Positions 46,648-59,400 are shown, numbered from the stretch's first letter. The stretch is DNA of 64,000 bases from Hyaloraphidium curvatum SAG 235-1 (GCA_025558095.1 JAIVFI010000018.1:310001-374000), one strand, 5' to 3'. The notes: a model not told the origin generated them from the sequence alone. Translations and numbers: made by a program.

Positions 46648-47019
46648 TCACCCCGTCGACGTCGGCTTCCCGCCCAAGTACGGCTTCTGCGCCCCGCCCA
46701 TCGCCTTCTTCTTCTCCTCCGGCACGTTCCGGTGCCCGAACGGGCAGTGGCGGCACCCCCGCCCGCAGCAGTCCCCCCTCTCGAGGTGGCTCAGCGCCGT
46801 AAACACCGTGTAGCCCGTCTCGGGGTCCTTGTAGGTGTGCAGGCCCATGGCGACAGCCTTTTCGTGGGCCGCCATGTAGCGGGCCGTCCGGTCGTCCGGA
46901 GGGGGCGCCGGAGGTGCTGGGTCCTTTGGCGGCATCGCCGAGGCGGGGCGCGACGCCGGAGCGCGGAACATGGGCCGCGGCAAGGTCCGTAACGGTCGGC
47001 GGGAAGCTATTCGGAGCAT
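46648..47019 (-). CDS. Small Cys-rich DUF5522/C1orf53-like protein with presequence
   Basis: Motif HEKAV..G..TYKDPETGYTVFT...HLERGDCCGRGCRHCPFGH. Confidence 0.8.
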   Translation of the reverse strand: MLRIASRRPLRTLPRPMFRAPASRPASAMPPKDPAPPAPPPDDRTARYMAAHEKAVAMGLHTYKDPETGYTVFTALSHLERGDCCGRGCRHCPFGHRNVPEEKKKAMGGAQKPYLGGKPTSTG

Positions 47020-47131
47020 ACGGCGGGAAGTGGGGACGCCGCGAAATCCGCACTTCCGGTCCGAGCGTCGATCAACACTGCCGGCAGGAGAGCGTAGCGA
47101 CACTCGTCCCAGCTTTCCTTCGCCAACTGCA

Positions 47132-48944
47132 ATGCATTCGGGCAAGTCGAGCGGGGCACATTCCTCCGTTCCTCCCCCCTCGCAGTGGAAGCGGGCGCAT
47201 CCTCCCGTCGCTCCGCACCCGGGCGGCGTCTACATCCCCTCCCTCGAGGCCCAGAAGGAGGCCGAGCGCCCAAAGCGCAAGGCCAAACCCGGCGGCGGGA
47301 AGCCCAAAAAGCAGGCCAAGGGGGACGCGGACGCGTCGCCCGGGAAGTTCGACAGGCCGTACGAGACGACGGATGGCGCGGGGTCGGCGGGGATGAGGGA
47401 CGCGCTGGGCAGGGCGAAGGCGAAGCTCGGCAAGAAGGGCGCGGGCGCGAACGGGGGGCGGAAAGCGGGCGAAGGGGGGATGGATGGGGACTCGGATGGC
47501 GAGGACTTTGGTTTCCACATCGGGCGGGCGCCTCCGAAGGTGAACGAGCCGAAGGAGGCACCGAAGCCGAAGGAGGCACCGAAGCCGAAGGAGGCTCCGA
47601 AGCCGAAGGAGGCCCCGAAGCCGAAGGAGGCCCCGAAAGCAAAGGAAGCACCAAAGCTGGCCCCAGCAATGAAGCCGGACAAGCCACCGGTGGTGGTCGA
47701 GGATCAGGAGGACGACGACGACGAGCTTCCCTCGCCTTCGAGCGCGTGGCGGAAGAAGGAGGTTTCGGACGTGCCGCCCCTGCCCCCTCCGATCAAGTTC
47801 ACGATGGACGATTGGGGACCGGCAGAGGAGCCGATGCCGCGGAAGCGGCCCGTTGCGCCGCGGGAGCCGGACCCTTTCGAGTTTCGGGCCGACGATGACG
47901 GGCCACAGGCCAACGGCGGAGAGAAGGTGTTGCGAGCTGCAATTCCCAAACCGCGTAAGGTTCCGGCGCCGCCAAAGGCCCGCCCCATCGTGGAGATCGA
48001 CGATTCGGACGCACTCCTACCGCCGCTGAAGCCAACACCGGCTCCCGCGAAGCGGCAACCCTTCCTCGTCCCCGACTCTTCGCCGCCTCCGCAGCCGCTG
48101 CCATCTTCCGACGACCCTGAGCACGCCCAGGAGATACCCGACGGCGAACCCGTGCTGGCATTCTACGCCAAGGAGGATGTCTACTACCCGGCCCGCATAC
48201 AGGGTTTCCGCGCCAAGGACGGCCTCTACCGGATCCGCTTCGCGAACGGGGAAACGACCATGGTTCCCCCGCACCGGGTTGCCGACCGGCGCGACCGCCG
48301 GTTCAACCGGGTGCCCCTCGGCCGCCTCCCCATGGCGCTCCCGGGCGACACGCGGACCCACGCCGAGCACGCGGCCGAGCGCGCTGCAGCGCAGGCCGTG
48401 GAGACCATCCCCAACATCGTCGGGAGGCTCAACGGCCTGATGGACCAGCTGACCGACACGTACCACGGGCGGAACCCGCGGTCGTGGCGGTACAAGGAGT
48501 TCCAGAGGGGCTCCGCGGCGTCGCGCAAGCGCCTCCTCGAGAGCGGCGTGCAGTCGTACTTTACCGATGCGGAGTTGCACGCCATCGGCGAGTATGTGCT
48601 CCGCCGGATGAAGGAATATGACCAGAGCGGAAACAGCGACGTCCAGCGCAGGCGGCTGTCGCTGGACGTCATTGTGCCCGAAGGTGAGCTCCTACGCGGG
48701 CCCCGTCTAGTGCAGGCGACCGATCGTGCGCTCCCGTATCGCAGCCGCCATCATGCTCATCAGGGACTTCCACGGCATCTCGTTCACCGAGGCCGAGAAG
48801 CTGTTCCACAATGGCAAGCCGCGGAAGAGCGGAGCGGGCGCCGACGATCCGTCATCCGAGGAGTGGGTGCAGAGGCTTCTGTCGTGGCGGAACGATGTCG
48901 CATTCGGCAGCGCGCACGCGTCGCTCAAGAAATCGGAGGTCTGA
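47132..48944 (+). CDS. Tudor/PWWP-like chromatin protein with MUM1/PWWP3-like C-terminus
   Basis: Disordered K/P-rich N-terminus, a Royal-family domain (GEPVLAFY....YYPARI.......YRIRFANG), and C-terminal LDVIVPEAAI...I.FTEAE.LF..G across intron 48684-48744. Confidence 0.65.
47549..47656 (+). repeat. 18-bp coding tandem repeat x6 encoding PKEAPK
   Basis: ccgaaggaggcNccgaag units; the last unit is degenerate. Confidence 0.9.
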
Positions 48945-48948
48945 TGAA

Positions 48949-50972
48949 CTACGCGCCCCGCTGAGCGCCGTCCTTTTCCCAGTCCGGGTCCGAAAGCAGC
49001 TGCTCCAGGTGCAGCAGACCAGAGCCAGCGTGCTGGTTGTTGTCGTCGCGCACGGAATTTTCCGCCGCGTTTGTGCGCATGCCGCCGAGTGCACGCTCCG
49101 GGTTGGGGAGGAAGTACGAGTTCCCCGGACCATACTGATTCCGCAAAACAAAGGCCGCGAGGTGTTTCGCGGTTTCCGTCATGGTATCCACGTCGGCGTC
49201 GGTAAAGAGGGCGCGATCCGCGAACCTCATGAGGCGCAGGACCGAGGTGAGCGCCTCCAGCCTGGTCCCGGCGCTGCCCGTCGAGTGGGAAACCCCGTTG
49301 TGAACCACTGCCTTGCCGATCAGCATGGCATGCCGCACGAGCCGAGGATCTTTGTAGTATCTGCAAAGGTCCTGTGAGGGATGTCAGACGCCTCGTCTGA
49401 CGTCACGCACTGCAGACTCACCAACAGAGCGTATGCCTGTCGAGCCATCGCGCCGATCGTCAGCTGGGCGATTGCAACGGGACGGAAATGACTTACGAGC
49501 CAGTGATCGTTGGGCGCCGTCTCCTCGGTCTTCCCCGCGTCCCGTATCTCGATCGTCCAAAGCGCGGCCTTGTATGCTACCGCTTTCCACGTCTCGTTCC
49601 GGTCGAGAGAGTAGAACCGCATTATTCCCAACATCGCTTCCCCGTTGTAGTACTCAATCTCCTCGGGCATCGGCGCGATTCCTTCCTCGGCCACCCGATC
49701 GCTGTTCTTGCGAAAATGACCATCCGGGTACTGTTGGTGAGCTATATAGCGCGCGAGCTGCCTCATGCGCTCCAGTTCTTCATCGGTCACGCCTCCTTTG
49801 TTCCGAGCCCACTCGACTAGAGCAACAAGCACGATGCCCGTGCACCCGACCTGGCGGCTGAGCTGGCCCTTGTCCACGCACATGCTGGCCATCGGTTGCC
49901 CGGCAAAGTCCCCCATGGGAATAAGCTGGGGCCAAAGCCAAGCAACGGCCTTGTCGACTGCATCCAGGTAGCTCCTCTCTCTCGGAAGGCGTGCGAAGGC
50001 GTCTGCGACAAAGTATGCCGCCCCGGCATGCCGCATCTGGTTATAGGCGGCGCCTTTAGTGTCGGTCAGGTCCTGATTGTGCACCGCATCGTAGACGTAT
50101 GTCCAGCGGCCGTCTTCCTGCATGCTCCGAACGAGGTAGTCCGCCGACATCGTCACACCCTCGAGGAGGCGCTTCGGAGCGATTTCAATGTCTTCGAAGC
50201 TCGACCCGTGCTTCTGCTCAAAAATAGAGCCCGATGGCAAGAGAATAAAGGAGCGTGTCCGGAATCTGAACAAGGCTCCATCCTCAAGGCTCTGGGCGCG
50301 GAGCCGTGTCTGCAGCTCACCGACGTGATACGTTGCTTTTCCGCCCAAAGACAGCGTGCAGAGCCCCGACGTCTGGGCAAACTCGTTCGGAAGAACAAAG
50401 TGCAGCTTCCCGAGGCGATTCGAAAGGGCGATGCCGTCCACGGCAAATGAACACTTATCGAGCGATTCGACCGGCAGGCCCTCCGCTTCCGTGGCGACGT
50501 CGAGCGCGATCGCGCTGCCAGGCTTCAAAGCCTCGCCAGTCATGAGGTCGATGGCAGCGAGCCTCACGCTGTCCGCGATATTGTCGCCCAAGGCCGAGGT
50601 GGTCCGGCCGGCGCTGGCAGGGACCGCCGACATGGCGATCCCCCGCTGCGGTTCGGGATAGACAGTCACAAAGACTCGGGTCCGAAAGTCCGGCGGAGCT
50701 TCGCACGAGGGCACGAACGGCGCCTGTGGACCGTCCAGCATCTGCCGCAGTGCAAGGAGTAGGCATCCAGCGCTGCCGCTTCCGAGCTCCGCTCCCCGCA
50801 CCGGAACGTCGCCGAACACGCTTTGCACCGTTCCCGCTGGAGATGACGACGTTCCCGCTGCAGTGGGCGAGAGATGCGCCCGCCGGCGGCCGGGATGGGC
50901 CTCTGCGGCAAGCAGCAGCCAAGGTGCCCAGCATGCCGCGAGGCAGAGCCAAATCGAGCGCCGCAACGGCAT
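48949..50972 (-). CDS. Secreted bacterial-like (alpha/alpha)-barrel protein (six-hairpin glycosidase/prenyltransferase-like fold) of unknown function
   Basis: Signal peptide MPLRRSIWLCLAACWAPWLLLAAEA. Motifs GRWTYVYD, YNQMRHAG, YYNGEAML, DHWL and ALGGMR...VRDDNNQHA. Short introns at about 49330-49500 join ORF 48949..49338. Confidence 0.7.
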
Positions 50973-51136
50973 CGTCGCCGAGTCCAAGGACAGGAGCAGG
51001 CTTTCGGGTCAACTCGGCATAAGAGAGCACCGTGAACCGCTGTTTCGATGTGGAATGGAGGTGGACCCGGTTATAGGCCGCCGCGCCCAATCCAGTCCCC
51101 CTGGAAAAGACATATTCGAAGCTCGAGAAAGGTACA

Positions 51137-54122
51137 TCAGCTCCTGCTAGCGCCAACGTACTTTGCCGGGGTCTCGAAGCTCTTCTCCTGCGCCCTCTCC
51201 GTAAAGCTCCCCGGCGTCGACGCCCCGCGGTACCGCAGCTGATCGACGCGGGATGGTCCGGGCGTGCGGGGTTCCGACGCCCGCTCGCCGGTCGGGCTGA
51301 CCGGCTCCATCGCAATGTCCGCTTCACGGTGAGCATCCATGAGGCTGGAGCCGGCATCCAGGGCCGCGTTGGTGAGGTCCTTGGCGCTCTTCACGACGTT
51401 GCCCAAGTTGATGCCCGAGCTGTCCATCGTGCTCGAGATCTGGCTCCCGATTTGGCGCGTCGTCTGCAGCACCAACGCTTTCGCAGGGCCCCAAAGCCCC
51501 GTCGCGGTCAAGACGTAGAACACGATACCCCCAAGAACAAGCAAGAAGACGTAGAAGGGATTCGAAAAGACGGCGACTGCCTCGTTCCAGCCGAGCGCAA
51601 CCATCAGGAGGATCATCCACGGCGGAACCTGCGCCGTGGCGTTCACCACCGCCCTCTTGGCATCGGTGAAGATGCCGTCCATGACGCCCTGGATCCTCGT
51701 GAAGAGGTCGTCCATCTTCGAATCCGTCAGCAGCCGAAGCGACTCCGCCGAAACCGCGTCCTCGCTCCCCAAGAACTCGTTGACCGTCGACGGTTCGACC
51801 CCGACGGTCTGGAATAGCCCAAACATCCTGTTTGTCGCCTCGCGGGCCACGCGGAAGGCGTCGTCAATGTCGTCCCCGGGTTTCCAGACCCGCGGCACGC
51901 CGTGTTCGTCGTACCGAAACTCGCGCTCGAAGCTGCAACGATTCGCGTTCAGTCGAGGAATACGACAACATGCGTTCACAGGACCCACCGGTTGCGGAAA
52001 CGCGACAGCATGTTGATGTCGGACATCTCGTCGCCGATCCGTTTGCGCAGCAGATCCCACGCGCTCCGCTTCAGCTTCGAGTCCGCGGCGATGGTTTCGT
52101 CGGTGCCCAAGTCCAGCTCTGAAGTGACGCTGTCAAACGGCATCCGGGCGCGCACCAGGGTTGAAACTCACGGCCCGCACGCTCCGTAAGCTTGGCAACG
52201 CAGGCATCTGTTGTCTCGGTAAAGACCTTCCAGATGTCCGCCCACATGCTGGGCTCTCCCTTGTTCATCAGCCCCGTGACCAGGTCAGACAGGTTTGCGG
52301 CGATTGTTTTCTGTTTCGGGCAGTTCAATGAGCGCCACTCACGCCCGCGACCAAACACACCTCCTGCAACTCGATGGATCGCTTCAGCTCCTCCTGCCGC
52401 ACAGCGTTGCCGTGCTCCAGCAAATCGTCCTCCAGTTCGCGCATCATTTCATCGTACGTCCAATCGGTGCCTTGCAGCACCGACTCGGCGGCCACCTTGG
52501 AAAAGTGGTCCAAGATCTCGCGCTGCACAGCGCGCAACTGGGTCGCAAAGTCCAGGCCAGACTGGGCGGAAGAGCCGCCGGCCTGCGCCGACGGGTCCAG
52601 CTTCTGCTTCAGCGTCGCCTTGAACTGGGCCACGCACGAGCGCTGCAGGTTTTTGAGCTGAGCCTGGTGGATCAGCTTCAGCTCGCTGTTCATCTTGGCG
52701 CCAAAGTCGGCGCGCTTCTTCTCGTAGACGTCCTTCTGGTATCGTTGCGCATCTTCGTCGAACTTGTCTGAAACATACACAGTAAGGTGGAATTCACTTT
52801 ACCGCGCCGTTGCGCGAACGAACCTAGGCAGAATGCCTTGAGGCCGCCGATTCGGTTGCCCAGCTCGTTGACCACCTGTCCCTTGTCCACCGCTTCCCGA
52901 ACCTCCCTGATCCCGCCCAAAAAGTCGTTCGTCCAAACCTCGCTCATGATCTCGTCGCAGCGGTACTGGGCCAGGAGCTCCTGCTGCGTTGGAAGATCCA
53001 GGTCCCGGTTGCTCGTGATCGTCGACCAAACGTCCTCCGCGTAGCGCGGGAACCCGTCCGCGGGGATGTGCTTGTGGTACTCGCGTTGGAAGACGTAGTC
53101 CGGGTGGCTCGGGTTCCGGAAGCGCCCCCGCAGGGCCACGCAGGCCTCCTCAAAATCCTGGGGATTGTTGTACTTGTGCGGCAGCGAGGTGAACTGGAGG
53201 TCGAAAAAGTCCGTGATCCGCGTGTTCTCCAGGCCTTTGGGCTTGCTGATGCTGTCCCACAGCTTCTTCAGATCGTCTTGCAGAATCTTCCGAAGATTGT
53301 CGAAGGGTGTAACGCCAAGGTAGTCGCGGATGACGAACAACAGCAGCGTCTTGGGCGATCTGGGAAAGGCACCGACCGGTCAGCATACGGACAATACAGT
53401 TGACGCAGGCACACACCCTCGCTTCTCGAAAAGCTGGAGGTTGACCTCAAACACCGTCTTCAGCAGACCCATGTTGGCACCCTGGTACAGGCCGACCATG
53501 TGTTCCCACATGTTCATTATCACCACCTCGGCGATGGAGATGCAGAAGAGGGCGGTTTTCCGCTCAAAGTCCTGCTGTTCGCCGCGTTCCCTGCCATCGG
53601 CGCCTTCCACATCCATGATGATCAGCGGCCGCTCGTGGTCCTTGGCGCACCAGATGCCCTTGGTGGTCTGCCGCCGCTCCGCGTCCGACATGACGTCGAA
53701 CCGGGTCCCAAAAAGCCGGTTGAGCAGCGTCGACTTGCCCGTCGACTGCGAGCCAAACACGGCCAGCACGTTGTAGTCGAAACCGAGCTTCGACATGTGC
53801 CAAGGGTCCGCCATGACCTCGGCGATCCGCGGACTGGAGCGGAGCAGGCAAATGGAGTTCCGTGACACAAAGTGAAGCACGATACGAGGGCGGGGACGCG
53901 TTAGACACGCGTTGCAGAGCATTAAAGACGTGATTCCACCCACTTGAAGCCCTGGTCCTCGCCGATGAGCTGAATGAGCTGGCCCGGCTCGGGCGCTGGG
54001 ACGGGAGGGTCCGACGCAGTCGGGGCCGCAGACTCTGGCGGTGCCCCGCCGTCGACCATCCCGTCGACGGCCGTTTCGGCTCCGCCATCGGCGGCCGCGG
54101 CGTCGCCAGACCCCGAATCCAT
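51137..54122 (-). CDS. SEY1: ER fusion GTPase Sey1/RHD3
   Basis: Motifs [66 protein letters not shown] and [16 protein letters not shown]. Confidence 0.95.
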
Positions 54123-54187
54123 TTTTTTAGGGTTGCGGGGTCTGAGATGCGCGCTACAGGCCGCCGCACGGTACGGTGCGCCCGCCC

Positions 54188-55108
54188 ATGGAGGCCACGG
54201 CAAACTTCCGCTATCGAACGTCAAACGGAGACGACCAGGATGCTTTGTCCGTGGTCGTGAGGTTGAACTGCGCGGAGTGGGCAACGCTGCCGGAAGCCCA
54301 CTTGGTCGCGGCAACGGCGCCTCCGGATCTTCAGGAGCCGTTCACGATCTCGCTCCGTTCGACCGGGGGGGAAGGACTGGTTCTCAAACGCGTTTCGGTG
54401 GTTTCGAGCTGCTCGAAGCTGCATCTGTCGGTCAATGGCGGTGCCGAGACTGACGTCGCTGGCCGGCGAATGGAGGACGAAGACGCGGGAGACGCTGCCC
54501 CGGCAGTATACGAGGCCGAGCACGTTTGGGGCACATCTGCCGCTCAGTCGCCCGTCGATGTGCTGCGCCTTGCTTTCCCGCGTTCTCCCGGACAGGAGCC
54601 GCTACGAGTCTTTGTGATCGACGTTGAAGCCGGACCGCAGCAGAAGACCGCCTTCGGAGCCACGGACAACCTCGCGCGCGCGATGCTGCCGTTGCTTGCT
54701 GGAATGAAATCTCCACAGGGCATTCAGCCGCCTGCGGATGCTGCCCTGGTCGAGAAGCTGACGCAGGCCTTCGAGCGGGTGCTGGATGCACGATTGGCAG
54801 CCTTCGAGGCGAGGATAGATCGGCGGTTTACGGAGCTCCTCTCCAAGCTGGAAGCTCGGGACGCAAAGCAAGTCAGCGATCAACCGAGCTGGATGAGCGG
54901 GTCTTCCAGTCGACCGAGCTGGATTCCACCGGGCGTCGGAGCTGTCACGGATGGTCCGGCGTCAGCCAGCTCCGGTCCCGGATATCCTGCATTTGCCCCG
55001 CGCTCGTTCTCTTACGATTTGCCTTATGGGAGATATGAGAGCGCTCCGCGGATGCCGGGTGAGAAGCCCTCGGAGGTGCAGGAGATGAATCAGCTCTGCT
55101 TCCTCTGA
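54188..55108 (+). CDS. Hypothetical protein (beta-sandwich plus coiled coil; weak C10orf88/PAAT-like architecture)
   Basis: Intronless ORF divergent from SEY1, with a beta-rich N-half and a coiled coil LDARLAAFEARIDRRFTELLSKL. Confidence 0.55.
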   Translation: MEATANFRYRTSNGDDQDALSVVVRLNCAEWATLPEAHLVAATAPPDLQEPFTISLRSTGGEGLVLKRVSVVSSCSKLHLSVNGGAETDVAGRRMEDEDAGDAAPAVYEAEHVWGTSAAQSPVDVLRLAFPRSPGQEPLRVFVIDVEAGPQQKTAFGATDNLARAMLPLLAGMKSPQGIQPPADAALVEKLTQAFERVLDARLAAFEARIDRRFTELLSKLEARDAKQVSDQPSWMSGSSSRPSWIPPGVGAVTDGPASASSGPGYPAFAPRSFSYDLPYGRYESAPRMPGEKPSEVQEMNQLCFL

Positions 55109-55122
55109 CGTGGGGTGTAGCT

Positions 55123-56218
55123 TCATTGCACGTGGAGTACATTCCCCTTCAGCACGTCCTCGATGTCTGCCCGGAAGATGCCGGCCGCAAAGCGCCCATC
55201 CACGTCGAACCAGGCCCCGACGCTCTTCTGGCAAGCTCTAGGCACCTCTCTGGGCCCGCTCGCCGGCGGCGGTATTTTCGAGAACCTGAAGTTTGCGGTG
55301 TAGTCGGCTGTTCTTCGGTCAAAGGTCGAGGACACGTGCACCCTCTGGATGTGCGGTAACTGTCGACGAAAAGAAATCAGGCGACCGTGGCCCGAATCCA
55401 CCGGTTCTTTGAACGTACCAGGGGATTGCTCTGCACGCCGACAAAGATGCAATCCTTCTCCACGAGGAGACCGTAGAGCCACATCGCGAGGACGAGGAGG
55501 AAGTAACTGACACACCGTCAGCTGATGGGAAACCGAGCCGGAGCTGCTCATACGCACGTTGCCACGGCGCTGCCCACGATCCACCGCGATTCCTGGAAAG
55601 GTACGAGGAAGGAGTAGCTCGAAGCCACCAGGGCGATCACGATCGCGACGTAGCCGAGCAGGAGCTTCCTGTTCGAGTGGGTGTTGTCCTCCGCGAACCC
55701 CGCTTCATCAATCAGCATCTGACCGACAGAAAGAAAGAGGCGTTTATCAAGGCTTGAAGGGTAGCTCCGCAGGTAAACCCACGCTCCGAACCGCGTCGTC
55801 CAGCGCGCTCTTGACCTCTGCGATGCTCAGCAGGTTCACCTTCAACGGAAATCGTTCTGACACAATGGAAACACGGGCCGGCCGACGTCAAAACGCGCTT
55901 CCGAGGTGAGCAATCGGCGCCGAACTCACCGCACTTCTGAATCCACGGGAGCGCGTCGTACTCCCGCTCCTCGGCTTCCTTCTCCTCCCTCAGCTTCCTC
56001 GCCGCGTCCTCCTCTGCCAGCTGTTCCGGCGTCATCATGCTCAACGCCCGCAGGAACCACAAGCGCGTGCGCTCCATAAATGTCCGTTCCGGGGCGACGA
56101 CCACCTCCGCCCAATCCTGGCCCTCCGGGGCCACTTCCGTCCCCTCGTTTGGAGAGCTGTCGCTTGGCCGATCCGAATCCGACCCCGCCGGCCCTGCTTT
56201 CGCCTTTCGTTTTGCCAT
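55123..56218 (-). CDS. SPC2: Signal peptidase complex subunit 2 (SPC25/SPCS2) with N-terminal extension
   Basis: Motifs KVNLLSIAEVKSALDDA, GFAED.THSNRKLLLGYVAIVIA (TM1), a second TM and KSVGAWFDVDG. Several introns. Confidence 0.8.
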
Positions 56219-56219
56219 A

Positions 56220-56236
56220 GGGGGGGGGGGGGGGGG
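56220..56236. repeat. G17 homopolymer (poly-C on the SPC2 sense strand, just before its ATG)
   Basis: Direct observation. Confidence 0.9.
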
Positions 56237-56422
56237 CACGACGCGATGTCGCGATGTGGCCGAGTCATCACTCACTCACGCCGCGGCCGCGCGTTCACCT
56301 GAGGCGTTTCGCAAAGAGTCCGTTGCCAAAGACTGGCGGAGCCGACAGGACTAAAGGAGCCTACAATGCACGAAGGACACAGTGTTGCCAAAGACAGACG
56401 AAGGCTACAAAACGACAGGAGC

Positions 56423-59400
56423 CTACAAGACACGAAGAACCACGGGGTAGTACTCGCCCGACTCTGTCCCGCCCACGTAAGACGGTTTGCTCGGCGTGCC
56501 CTCTGTGTTGTACGCAACGAGGTAGAGCTCGACCCTCCTTCCGCCTGGGACTTGCGGCCCGAACACGGCGGTGTTGATCGAGGTCGTTATTCCGAAGTAG
56601 GTCGACCAGGCGGGGGAGAAATCCCACGTCCGGAGAACGGCGCCGTTCCCCAGTAGCTGAATCTTGGCGATCGGGTGCGGAGTGCCGTAGGCGCCGTACT
56701 CGGACTCGGAGTTCAGCTCGCCCTGGATCAAGATGTCGGTGCCATACACGACGGATGCACCGGCAGCAGATCTCCAGTCGCCGTCCTTGCCGATGAGGTT
56801 GTCCCGCTCGCTTCCCCAAATGTCGTAGCGGCCGACCTTGTAGATGAAGGCATCCATTCCAATCTTGGCCGAGTGCGCGGGGTGGAACGGGGCCGCCAAG
56901 GTCGTTCCGTACCACATCTGGAGACAAGTGAGTTAGGCGATGCGCGGATGAGCGGATGCATGCGAGTCTGACTGACCGGTGCGGGCGTGTACGTCGGATT
57001 CGATCCCAGAGGAAAGTCCACCTCGATATGGATGTTTCCAAAATAGATGTGGGCTTCGGTGAAGAAGCGCACCGACACGGGGCTCTGGCTGCGTTGCAAA
57101 TCTCCGATAGCGATCTCGACGACCATGGGATATCCGCCGGTGAAGTCAAAGATGCGATCTTGCGTCAGGCTCCCCTCGACTGGCGGGGTCAGGAACGTGG
57201 CCACCCTGTTGACCAGCACAAAGTCCGAAGTCCTGATCGACGTATCTTCCCACGAATGCACCGTAAAGTGGAGGCGGGCGCGCACGGCCCCGGCCAGTGA
57301 GTCGGGAATGGGCACCTGGAAGGTAGCCTCGTCGTGATCGAGCGTCGTCGAGTTCAGTATCGTGGCTTTGTAGTTGTTGACTACGGCATTTCGTCCGTTC
57401 GGGCCGTCGAAACCGAAGTTATCCCAGTGTATCAGGCCCATGGGATCCTGGTCCAGGACGTTGTAACCATAAGTATTGAACTGGACTTGCCCTCGATCGA
57501 ACGGCAGGTTCAGCGTCGCATTGAGCACCATGTTGCCGTCGATCGTGGCCGAGAAGAAAGTGCGGGAGATCTTGACGACCCACTTTCTTCTCACGTTCCT
57601 CTGCAAGCAAGGGGGGTGAGTTCGTTGCCATGGCCCAATGCTGTGGGCAGACACCTACAACAAGAGAGAAGCCGTCACCAACCCTATCCAAGCTCGGGAA
57701 TTCCGTGTTCCAACCAGTTTCCACTATCTTTTGCGGTTCCCCTTGGGCATCAAAGAAGAAGAGAGCGAGGTTCTGGTCCTGCTGCCGGAAACGAAGCATG
57801 TTGATCGGCGCGCCTGCGCTGTTCTCCAGGTTGATATGGGTGTTGAGATCAAGCGGGTATCCGTGATCCGGGATCAGATCAAGGTACCAAGCCTGGCGAT
57901 GGAAGCTGCCGTCGAGATCGAACACGACCGTGCCTGTCCGTCCAGCGAAATCTGCAGTGTGGTAGTTGAGCGGGGCGCCGAAACGAGCCACGAAGGAAGC
58001 CCACCAAAGATGGCCCGGGGACGACAGACAACGAGCCCGCGATCGCAGCGGTCCGAAGGCGAAGAAATAAGATTGTGCGCGTGCAGCTGTTGGTCTGCGT
58101 TTGGTGTGAGATTGCCAAGCGATGATGCAGCCCGCATAGCTTACTGAGGAAGGTTGCGCCGATGGTGGGCACCACGCATTGACTGAAAGCCGTGTTCATG
58201 TCTCTCTCGAGAAGCTCCCCGGGTCCTTGGTTGAAGTCGGCAAAGAAGCCGGTCATCTGCTGCCTGAGCGCATTCACGCGCGTGCTGTCGCTGGTGAACG
58301 TGATCGTGGCGCTCTTGTCGCTGGGCGTGCCGTCCGACATGAGGCTGCGGATGTATGCAAAGTACGTTTTAAGGGGATCCAGGGGTTGGAGGTTGACGGC
58401 CGCATAAGGCGTGTACAGATTCAGGCCAGGGGTGCCAACGACGCCCCAGCGCACGACGAAGCCAGTAATGCCGAAGCGGTCGAAGCGGTCCGGATCCCAA
58501 GCCTGCGGGATGGGGTTGTTGTCTCCGTAGCCGCCAAAACCCTCTTCCCACGTAAGCTGCGCCATGAACTCGTCCGGCAGGACCTGGAAAAGAAACGGAT
58601 CGTGAGGGATGAGGATGCTTGCATCCTCGCGCATCCCACCTTGACGTTCGTCGGCACAGGAACATTGAGATTGACCCGAGGTGGATCGAGGTCTGGCGGC
58701 GAAGGCGGCAGGGGGAAGATGGTGACCGACTGCGTCGGAAGCACGGCAAGGGTTGTTGTGGCCACCACGGTCGTCGTTGTCGGCAGCGTCTGCACGTCGT
58801 CGAAGGTTGGGGCCGAAGCGCAGGCCACCTCCCTCGCGATGCCGCTTGGAGTTCCGATGCACAGGTTGGTTTGCATCACCTGGATCCTCTCGTCCGCTCG
58901 GAAGGTGAAGAGCTGCTCCGGGCGGACGGTCCGCATGTCGGCGCCGTTCGGGGACAGCACCAACGATCCCCTTGGGACCGCGGGGGGCGAGACGAAGTGG
59001 CGTTCGCCGAGACCGTGGGACGCATCCCGGCGGTAGACGTTGCTGCGGGCCTGCCGGGCAACCTGGAGCTGGGGCGGGCACGCGGCGGTGATGAAGGCTC
59101 CGGTGCCGGTGCGCGTGAGGCAGCTGCCTCCGGTGCGGTCGATGACGGCAAGGTCTGGGAAAGAGCCGGTGAGTTGGCCGCGGTGGGGATAGGATGCGGT
59201 GTACGTACAGACTCCGGATGAGCATGTTCCCTGCGGTCCGTAGCAGTAGCGCTGGAAGAGCGTCGCTTCCGCAGTTGTCGACACCGTTCGGCACTGCTGG
59301 TTGTTGCATCCCAGGGGCTGATGGGCCAGCACTTGGTAGAGGTAAATCGGTTGGCCGACGAGGAGGGGTGTCGGAAGGCTCGTCGCTTTCGCGCTCGTCG

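Noticed and set aside
47549-47656. Regularly spaced repeat as a CRISPR-like array
   Set aside because: It is an in-frame coding minisatellite with no spacers, in a eukaryotic gene.
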